A stretch of DNA of 15,381 nt from Pseudomonadota bacterium (GTDB taxonomy: Bacteria > Bdellovibrionota_B > Oligoflexia > Oligoflexales > RGVZ01): the NCBI GenBank assembly GCA_041178085.1, contig JBEGVZ010000046.1, forward strand, positions 1-15,381, written 5' to 3'. The notes beneath the pieces were generated by a model. It saw only the letters and a program-made list of their open reading frames with translations, had not been told where the DNA came from and searched no databases. A program made the translations under genes and the position numbers. Each line of letters begins with the position of its first letter. Position 1 is the stretch's first letter. Shown here piece after piece: positions 8,860-15,381 of this stretch.

Positions 8860-9543
8860 ATGGCCAAAACCCCCATCAAGATGATCCTTCTGACCCTTTG
8901 GGCGCAATCCGCATTGGGCGTCACACCAGACAGGGGGAGCAATTGGCAAGCGAAGACCTATATGCCAGTGGATCCAGCTGGATCCAAGGGTAGCCAGTCA
9001 TTTGCGATCGGTTTTGGCACGGTCATGAATGGAGCTGCCGGAAAAAACAGCGATGAGCGTTCTGGATCGACGGATACCGTGGACTCGCTCATGCGGCTGC
9101 ACCTGACCAAGGGTCTGCCCATACCTGTCGACCTGGGCATGATCCTCGGAGCCAGCCCTAACGGCAGGACACAACAGGCTGGTGGGCATCTGCAGTGGAC
9201 AGTTTTTGAGGGTTTTCGCCTGCCTGCGGTCAGTGTGCGGGGAGCGATGATGCGAACATACGCGCCAAGAAGCCCCAGGGATGACGGCCAGAGCCAGGAT
9301 AAAGTTTGGCGGAACTCCCATGAAGACACCCGGTCCCTTGAACTTATCGCATCATGGGGATTTCTGGGCATCCTGACCCCTTATGCCGGCGCTGGCCAGA
9401 TTCATACCGGGGAAGACTCGTCTTTCCAGAAAGTAGCTGGCCTTGAAATCCAGATGATGCCGCCTTTTGCACGCCTGAGCTTTGAGGCCCGGACTGCATT
9501 CGACACCGACACATTGGCGGCAAAGATCAGCCTGGGCCTCTGA
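8860..9543 (+). CDS. hypothetical secreted protein, probable outer-membrane beta-barrel
   Basis: Signal-peptide-like N-terminus (KMILLTLWAQSALG), alternating amphipathic strands (GGHLQWTVF, LTPYAGAG, AGLEIQ, RLSFEAR) and a C-terminal AKISLGL strand. Start uncertain (8821, 8860 or 8881). Confidence 0.65.
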   Translation: MAKTPIKMILLTLWAQSALGVTPDRGSNWQAKTYMPVDPAGSKGSQSFAIGFGTVMNGAAGKNSDERSGSTDTVDSLMRLHLTKGLPIPVDLGMILGASPNGRTQQAGGHLQWTVFEGFRLPAVSVRGAMMRTYAPRSPRDDGQSQDKVWRNSHEDTRSLELIASWGFLGILTPYAGAGQIHTGEDSSFQKVAGLEIQMMPPFARLSFEARTAFDTDTLAAKISLGL

Positions 9544-10660
9544 CCGCAGACTTGATCTCATCCAGCACCACCTGTTCCGCGGAAACGAATGGATCATCAG
9601 ACCGGCCCTGCACTTGAGTGGGTGCCGAAGTCTGGATTTGCTGCAAAACCATCGACGCAAGAAGGTTGGCTGAAGCTTCACCCTCCCGCAAAACCGTCGC
9701 CTCACCCTGTGCGCGAAATGACTCGGCATTCAAGATCTGATCGCCACGACTGCCTTTTTCCAGGGGAATAAGGATCATTGGCTTGCGCAGGGCTCTCAGT
9801 TCAAAGATTGAATTTGCGCCGGCGCGGCAGACAACCAAATCAGCAGCGGCCAGCACATCCGCCAGCTCCTCGTTGAGAAATTCAAATGACTGGTAGTTGC
9901 CACGCAATTCAGATGGCAATGAATCCCGGGAAAAACCATCCTGCTTGCCACGCCCAGTCAAGTGAACGATCCGACAGGACTTCAAGAGGTCCGGCAATGC
10001 CGCGAACACCAAGTCATTGATGAACTTTGCGCCCTGGGATCCCCCCATGAACAAGACAACGGGTAGCGAAGAATGATCTTTACCCCAACCACAGCGGGCG
10101 AGCCCGCGATCACGATTGCCGGCCAGTATCTCGGGTCTTACTGGAATCCCCGCAAGCCTGGCAGGCCGACTGCCAAAAAAACGAGCTGTTTCAGGAAATG
10201 CAAACAAGTTTATGCGGGCAAAGCGGGAAATAATGCGGTTGGCCAGACCAGGCGAGACATCTGATTCGTGCGAAATCACCGGCACCCCTGTGATCCAGGC
10301 ACCAATGGCGACCGGCACCGCGACAAAACCACCCTTGCTGAACACGCAGGCAGGACGCAGGCGTATCATCAAGACGATGGCCTGGAACAATCCGGCAATG
10401 ACCCTGAACACATCAAAAAAATTTTCGATTGAAGCGTAGCGACGGAGCTTTCCGGATGAAATACGATGAAAGACAAGGCCAGTCCGCGCCACGAGGTCAG
10501 CCTCCAACCCTTGCGAGCCAACGTACTCGACGCGAAAGCCAGAGGCACGCAGCACCGGTACCAGCGCAAGGTTTGGCATGACGTGACCAGCTGTGCCACC
10601 TCCAGTCAGGAGGACCAGATTGTTAGCGGAAAATTTCGCTTCGACGACAGGGTTACGCAT
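9527..10660 (-). CDS. murG: undecaprenyl-PP-MurNAc-pentapeptide N-acetylglucosaminyltransferase
   Basis: LTGGGTAGHVMP, GKLRRY, FSKGGFVAVP, HESD..PGLANR, GIPVR, GGSQGA, CRAGA and SRGDQILNA. ATG at 10660 overlaps the oppF stop (ATGCGTAA). Confidence 0.95.
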   Translation of the reverse strand: MRNPVVEAKFSANNLVLLTGGGTAGHVMPNLALVPVLRASGFRVEYVGSQGLEADLVARTGLVFHRISSGKLRRYASIENFFDVFRVIAGLFQAIVLMIRLRPACVFSKGGFVAVPVAIGAWITGVPVISHESDVSPGLANRIISRFARINLFAFPETARFFGSRPARLAGIPVRPEILAGNRDRGLARCGWGKDHSSLPVVLFMGGSQGAKFINDLVFAALPDLLKSCRIVHLTGRGKQDGFSRDSLPSELRGNYQSFEFLNEELADVLAAADLVVCRAGANSIFELRALRKPMILIPLEKGSRGDQILNAESFRAQGEATVLREGEASANLLASMVLQQIQTSAPTQVQGRSDDPFVSAEQVVLDEIKSAVRGPG

Positions 10661-11636
10661 GGTGGCAAGCAACCTTGTGGCGGGGGCTACCCGCCACTTC
10701 GCGTAATTCAGGTCTTTCCCTGCCACAAAGTTCCGTTGCCACCGGGCAGCGTGTCCGGAAAACACATCCACTGGGCGGATTCACAGGACTCGGGACGTCA
10801 CCAGACAATACCTGCCTGCCCTTGCCTGCATGCGATGGGTCGGGACGGGGAATCGATGACAGCAAGGCTTTCGTATACGGATGCGCTGGACGACCATAGA
10901 TGGCCTCTGCAGGTGCAATTTCCATCATATGCCCAAGATACATGACTCCAACCCGGTCACTGATGTGTTCAATGACGGCAAGATCATGAGCAATGAAAAT
11001 ATAAGAAAGAGAGAAGCTATCCCGCAGATCACACAACAAATTGAGGATCTGTGACTGAATTGACACATCCAAGGCACTAACCGGTTCATCCAGGACCAGA
11101 AGCTTTGGGCGAAGTGCCAGGGCGCGGGCAATTCCAATCCTTTGACGCTGGCCACCCGAAAATTCGTGGGGATAGCGGGCGTAAGCTTGTTCCGGCAGGC
11201 CAACGTGCTGGAGCATTTCCATGACCTGGTCCCTCAAGGCACCACCCTTTGCGACCTTGTGGATCAGGAAAGGCTCAGAAAGAATTTCCCCGACCGTCAT
11301 GCGGGGATTCAAGGATGAGAAAGGATCCTGGAAAACAATCTGCATCTCCCGGCGCAATGACCGGAGGCGCCTGGAGTCAGCATTTGTAATGTTCTCACCC
11401 TGGAAGAAGACCTGACCGGCCGTCGGTTCGGTCAGCCTGAGCAGGGATCGACCAAGCGTTGACTTTCCACAACCAGACTCTCCCACAAGACCAAGAGTCT
11501 CTCCTTCAGCAAGATCAAAACTGACACCATTGACGGCGTGGACAACCGCCTTTTTACCGACCAGGAAACCCTTGGTGACCGGGAAATGCTTGGTCAGTCC
11601 TTGCACGGATAAAATAGGGCGAGCTTCTGCACTCAT
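10653..11636 (-). CDS. oppF: oligopeptide/dipeptide ABC transporter ATP-binding subunit (OppF/DppF/AppF)
   Basis: [38 protein letters not shown]-loop IAHD, HPYT domain and C-terminal C-x6-C-x6-C...VAC cluster. ATGA overlap with oppD. Confidence 0.93.
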   Translation of the reverse strand: MSAEARPILSVQGLTKHFPVTKGFLVGKKAVVHAVNGVSFDLAEGETLGLVGESGCGKSTLGRSLLRLTEPTAGQVFFQGENITNADSRRLRSLRREMQIVFQDPFSSLNPRMTVGEILSEPFLIHKVAKGGALRDQVMEMLQHVGLPEQAYARYPHEFSGGQRQRIGIARALALRPKLLVLDEPVSALDVSIQSQILNLLCDLRDSFSLSYIFIAHDLAVIEHISDRVGVMYLGHMMEIAPAEAIYGRPAHPYTKALLSSIPRPDPSHAGKGRQVLSGDVPSPVNPPSGCVFRTRCPVATELCGRERPELREVAGSPRHKVACHHA

Positions 11637-12634
11637 TGAGTCTCTCCCGCCCGCCAGCAGGCTACCTCATGTGAAGCCCCGCCGAAGGGAGTCAGGTTTG
11701 GTTGCTCGCTGGCACATTTGTCGACTGCAAGTTTGCAACGATCGCGGAAACGACATCCCTTGATAACCTTGCCTGGTTCCGGTACCGAGCCTTCAATCGC
11801 AGGCAAGCGATGAACCTTCCGGCCAAGACGAGGGATGGAGTTCAAAAGACCCCGGGTGTAGGGGTGAGCCGCATTCGCAAAGATGTCCTGCACAGATGCC
11901 TTTTCAACAATTCTGCCGGCATACATGACCACCACCGACTTGCAAACTTCAGCCACCACGCCGAGATCATGGGTGATCAATAAAATTGAAGTGCCCATTT
12001 CCCGCTGCAAGGATGACATGAGTTCCAGGATCTGGGCTTGAATGGTGACATCAAGCGCCGTTGTCGGTTCATCGGCAATCAGAAGTTCAGGACGGCAGGC
12101 GAGGGCCATCGCGATCATCACCCGCTGGCGCATGCCACCGGAGAGCTGGTGAGGATACTCGTCAACTCTCGTCTCAGGCGATGGAATCCGGACCATCCTG
12201 AGCATTTCAATGGCCCGTTCACGCGCAAGGGACTTGCTTGCACCCTGGTGGATACGGAAGACCTCACCAACCTGTTCACCGATCGGGAAAACAGGGTTAA
12301 GGCTGGTCATCGGCTCCTGGAAAATCATGCTGATTCGATTGCCGCGGCATTTGCGCATGCCGGCCTCGCCCAGACCCAAAAGATCAGTTCCATCGAAACG
12401 GATCGAACCACTGGCGATGCGACCTGGCCTTGAGATCAGTTGCATGATGGCCATTGATGTAACGCTCTTTCCGCACCCGGACTCGCCGACCAGACCGACG
12501 GTCCCACCCCTCGGGATGGCAAATGATACGCCATCAACCGCACGCACGGGCGAACCAGTGCCGGGAAATTCCACCACCAGTTCGTTGACAGACAGCAGGT
12601 TGTCGCCTGAACTTGTGTTCACCATCTGCCCCAT
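11633..12634 (-). CDS. oppD: oligopeptide/dipeptide ABC transporter ATP-binding subunit (OppD/DppD/AppD)
   Basis: [53 protein letters not shown] and GCRFRDRC...C...VAC. Start at 12634 or 12625. Confidence 0.93.
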   Translation of the reverse strand: MGQMVNTSSGDNLLSVNELVVEFPGTGSPVRAVDGVSFAIPRGGTVGLVGESGCGKSVTSMAIMQLISRPGRIASGSIRFDGTDLLGLGEAGMRKCRGNRISMIFQEPMTSLNPVFPIGEQVGEVFRIHQGASKSLARERAIEMLRMVRIPSPETRVDEYPHQLSGGMRQRVMIAMALACRPELLIADEPTTALDVTIQAQILELMSSLQREMGTSILLITHDLGVVAEVCKSVVVMYAGRIVEKASVQDIFANAAHPYTRGLLNSIPRLGRKVHRLPAIEGSVPEPGKVIKGCRFRDRCKLAVDKCASEQPNLTPFGGASHEVACWRAGETQ

Positions 12635-12652
12635 CCGGAAGGGAAAAAAGGA

Positions 12653-13153
12653 TCAATCAGCCGTCACGCTGCACATGGAACGCCAAAATTCGGGCACGAA
12701 GTCGCTGAACGGATAATTGCGATCAATCGCATCAAGGATGTCACTGCGGTCAGCGACCGCATACTCAATGTCACCATCAAGCATTTCCTCAAGGGAGTTG
12801 ATCATGTGGGGATCCCACGGATTGGCAACAGCCACCTTGAATACCCTGCGCTGGTTCAGCGTCGCAGGACCCGGGTCAATCACATCGACCACAATCGCCA
12901 TCTTCCGGCGCGCAAAAGGCAACGGAATCAACTGGCCGGGGTTGGAGAGCAACTTCCTCTGCTTGAGATTCCTCAACCGGGGCAAGCCAAGGATCTCCGC
13001 AGCGTGGTCGGCAAACTGGACTTCCTGCACCATGTGGGTTTCAATGAGAGCCTCAAAGCCAGAGCAATTCCATCGCTTGCAGAAACCATCAACCATGGTC
13101 TTCTGGTCAGGAGACAGAATTCCTCTCTCGAGAAGGGCCTTTACACTTTCCAT
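12653..13153 (-). CDS. stand-alone GspE/PilB N-terminal domain (T2SSE_N/MshEN-like) protein without an ATPase domain
   Basis: LLERGILSPDQ...EALIETHMV...AEILGLP, IPLPFARRKMAIVV, VAVANPWD and IEYAVADRSDILDAIDRNY follow the pattern of the secretion-ATPase N-terminal domain. RBS AGGAG upstream. Confidence 0.75.
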   Translation of the reverse strand: MESVKALLERGILSPDQKTMVDGFCKRWNCSGFEALIETHMVQEVQFADHAAEILGLPRLRNLKQRKLLSNPGQLIPLPFARRKMAIVVDVIDPGPATLNQRRVFKVAVANPWDPHMINSLEEMLDGDIEYAVADRSDILDAIDRNYPFSDFVPEFWRSMCSVTAD

Positions 13154-13165
13154 GACACCCAGCTC

Positions 13166-13858
13166 CTAGATTTCAGTCCAGCGAATCCAGTACCCACCTG
13201 GGGCTTGCATCGAACCGGAGACTCCTGTCCCGGGACCCGCCGTACTGGACATTGTCACACGAATTGAACTTTTGGAAAACCAGCTTGAAGACCAGATGAT
13301 CCTGACTTTCAACTGGCCTCCGTGGTCGCGGGAGATACTGACTTGCCGGTTCCCATCATTAAATTCGATGGCCTTTCCGGCGGGGTTCCAAACCTTCCGC
13401 GGAGCCTCAAGCCAATGACGGGGAATCGCCGCCTCCATCAGACATGCAAACTCACCAGGGCCAAGGGGAATCCGTTGCTGGTCCACCGAAACGCTGGTCC
13501 GGTCCATCGAGACTGGATGCCCGGCAAATTCTCGCGGCAAACCATCCACCAAATCAAGATCCCTGTTGAGAGTGATACGAAGCATTTCTTCCATGGTCTC
13601 CGCCCGCAGAACAAGACTGCCCAAAGAGCGGCCAGGAATGGCGGAAGAGACATCGGTCTCGATGTCCGCAAGAAAAACAAGTTTATCATCTTCAAAAAGA
13701 GATGCGCGAAAGATGCGGTCGCGGGAAAGTTCGCACCGGATATCACGCAAACGATCGATCATTGCCTCCCCTTCGGCGGAGGCATGGACCGGTAGCCAAC
13801 TCGTGGTGACACATGAGGTGGAAGCAAAAAAAATCAAAAGGATGGCAACAAGACGCAT
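13166..13858 (-). CDS. hypothetical lipoprotein, in the position occupied by lolB in beta/gammaproteobacteria
   Basis: MRLVAILLIFFASTS-C16 resembles a lipoprotein signal (atypical lipobox). The mature part is beta-rich. TGATG coupling to the upstream TPR gene. Confidence 0.6.
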   Translation of the reverse strand: MRLVAILLIFFASTSCVTTSWLPVHASAEGEAMIDRLRDIRCELSRDRIFRASLFEDDKLVFLADIETDVSSAIPGRSLGSLVLRAETMEEMLRITLNRDLDLVDGLPREFAGHPVSMDRTSVSVDQQRIPLGPGEFACLMEAAIPRHWLEAPRKVWNPAGKAIEFNDGNRQVSISRDHGGQLKVRIIWSSSWFSKSSIRVTMSSTAGPGTGVSGSMQAPGGYWIRWTEI

Positions 13859-15381
13859 CAAGACCCCTGCTTGATTCCATCCAGTCGCTTTTCAATCCGG
13901 TCACGATCCCGCTGGTCAAGCTTCTGCTTCAGCGCCTTCTCGAACCATTCAATGGCCTTAAGCCTTTGCTTGCGGACCATGGCCACCTCCCCTAGGTGCT
14001 CCATGGTGACTCCTTCTTCCGGGGTCTTGGACAGGGCATCCATCAATAGTTTCTCAGCACGGTCAATGTCGCCAAGCTTGAAATAACACCAGCCAAGTGA
14101 ATCCAGGTACGCCGGATCCCCGGGACGGATTTTCAACGCCCGCTCGATGAGAATCTTGGCTTCAGCAAGGTCTCCGCCCGTGTCAACCATGAGATAGCCA
14201 AGGAAATTGAGAGCCGAACTGTTTTCAGGTTCCCTCTCGATCACTTTCCTCATTGTCTTCATCGAACCATCAACATCACCAGCCTTCTCCTGGTAAGCCG
14301 CGCGCAGAAACATGAAACGGGTCTGGTCGGGATACTTTTCAAAAGCCTTGTCCGACAATGCGATGGCTTCCGACAGCTTTCCGGCATCGGCATCAAGCTC
14401 AATCGCAAGAGCAAAAAATTGCCAACCCGGATCTGTTTGCTCCAGGATTGGTGTCAACATCGTCCTGGCTACGTCGGGTTTGCCGAGTTCCTTTGTGAGT
14501 AAGATGCGCCGGACCTGGACATCCTTGTGCAAGGAGAAATCCCTGGAAACCTTCTCGTAGGTGGCCAAAGCTTCGGCTGGGCGCTTGACCCTTTCATAGC
14601 CATATCCCAGCAACGTCAGGACCAGGTCTGAGCGCTGACCCGAGGCATTTAGCTTCTCGAGGGCAGACAACGCCTCATCGTCCCGTTTCAGCTCCCACAA
14701 TATAGCGATGCGCTGGATCTCGAGCCCCTGGGTAAGGCCGGAACCATCGCCGCGCTTGAGGTCGGACAAAACCCGCAGCGCTTCCTGCAAATCGCCTGTC
14801 TGCCGGTACAGGTCAACCAGCTTCGCCGTCAACTGCTCCGGTGACGAGGCCGCACGATAGGCCGATTCATACATCCGCACCGCTTCCTTGGTCTTGCCAT
14901 TTAACTCAAGCGCAATTGCGTAAAGCAGGCTTACATCCGGGGATGACTTGATCATCCAAGCTTTATAAGCCGCATCAAGCATTTCCTTTTTGGCACCGTC
15001 AAGAAGACAAAGTCTGGCAAGGATAGACCATGCCACCACGGATTGGGGCTTGTTGCGCGTCAGTTGGCGCGCAACTGCCAGGGCCTCCTTGCGTTTCCCC
15101 CTTCGTGCCTGGACTTCGGCAAGCAGGGCATAAGGGCCTTCCTCTGGCGGCGCACCCTTTACGACCTTGGTCAGTTGCGCAGCGGCCTCATCAAGTTTCC
15201 CACGCGCGACCAGGATCTGCGCATGCAGCATCCGCGCATCCCTGTTTTTCGGATAAAGCAACGCAAGGCGCTCAGCCTCACGTGCAGCCTCATCAGCCTG
15301 GCCGGCCTCGGCCTTTGCAACGATCGACCGCGCACCCAGGAATGGGGACGGATCCAGCGAATAGGCAGACGTCAAAAGATT
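13858..15381 (-). CDS. tetratricopeptide repeat protein (LbcA/PA4667-like), 5'-truncated
   Basis: TPR helices throughout, with the C-terminal signature ALNFLGYLMVD...LIERALKIRPGDPAYLDSLGWCYFKLG...EHLGEV. The frame is open to the window edge (AAT CTT TTG), so the true start probably lies outside the window. Confidence 0.88.
   Translation of the reverse strand, partial: NLLTSAYSLDPSPFLGARSIVAKAEAGQADEAAREAERLALLYPKNRDARMLHAQILVARGKLDEAAAQLTKVVKGAPPEEGPYALLAEVQARRGKRKEALAVARQLTRNKPQSVVAWSILARLCLLDGAKKEMLDAAYKAWMIKSSPDVSLLYAIALELNGKTKEAVRMYESAYRAASSPEQLTAKLVDLYRQTGDLQEALRVLSDLKRGDGSGLTQGLEIQRIAILWELKRDDEALSALEKLNASGQRSDLVLTLLGYGYERVKRPAEALATYEKVSRDFSLHKDVQVRRILLTKELGKPDVARTMLTPILEQTDPGWQFFALAIELDADAGKLSEAIALSDKAFEKYPDQTRFMFLRAAYQEKAGDVDGSMKTMRKVIEREPENSSALNFLGYLMVDTGGDLAEAKILIERALKIRPGDPAYLDSLGWCYFKLGDIDRAEKLLMDALSKTPEEGVTMEHLGEVAMVRKQRLKAIEWFEKALKQKLDQRDRDRIEKRLDGIKQGS

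Noticed and set aside
10661..10771. 37-aa N-terminal extension of MurG in the ORF track
   Set aside because: It overlaps the conserved oppF C-terminus in another frame. ATG 10660, coupled to the oppF stop, gives a normal MurG.

Overview
Mostly housekeeping bacterial DNA of roughly 55% GC (estimated by eye), most consistent with a deltaproteobacteria-like lineage such as Bdellovibrionota/Oligoflexia; that assignment is inference. Left end: the 5' ~850 nt of a 16S rRNA gene (- strand, truncated) with its leader boxA and sigma70 promoter. Divergently, a SWIM-zinc-finger SNF2 ATPase is followed closely by murA, which has Asp at the fosfomycin-target Cys. Then come gltX (-), a tandem-domain QueD/PTPS-like protein (+), a stand-alone PabA/TrpG glutamine amidotransferase (-) and a probable outer-membrane beta-barrel protein (+). 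A tightly packed - strand operon fills the rest: LbcA-like TPR protein (truncated) > unknown lipoprotein in the lolB position > stand-alone GspE/PilB N-terminal domain protein > oppD > oppF > murG. I saw no mobile element, CRISPR array or defence island. The best leads are this envelope operon, the split-motif QueD-like enzyme next to pabA, the Asp-type MurA, and an apparently mosaic 16S gene. No clearly novel system can be proven from the sequence alone.
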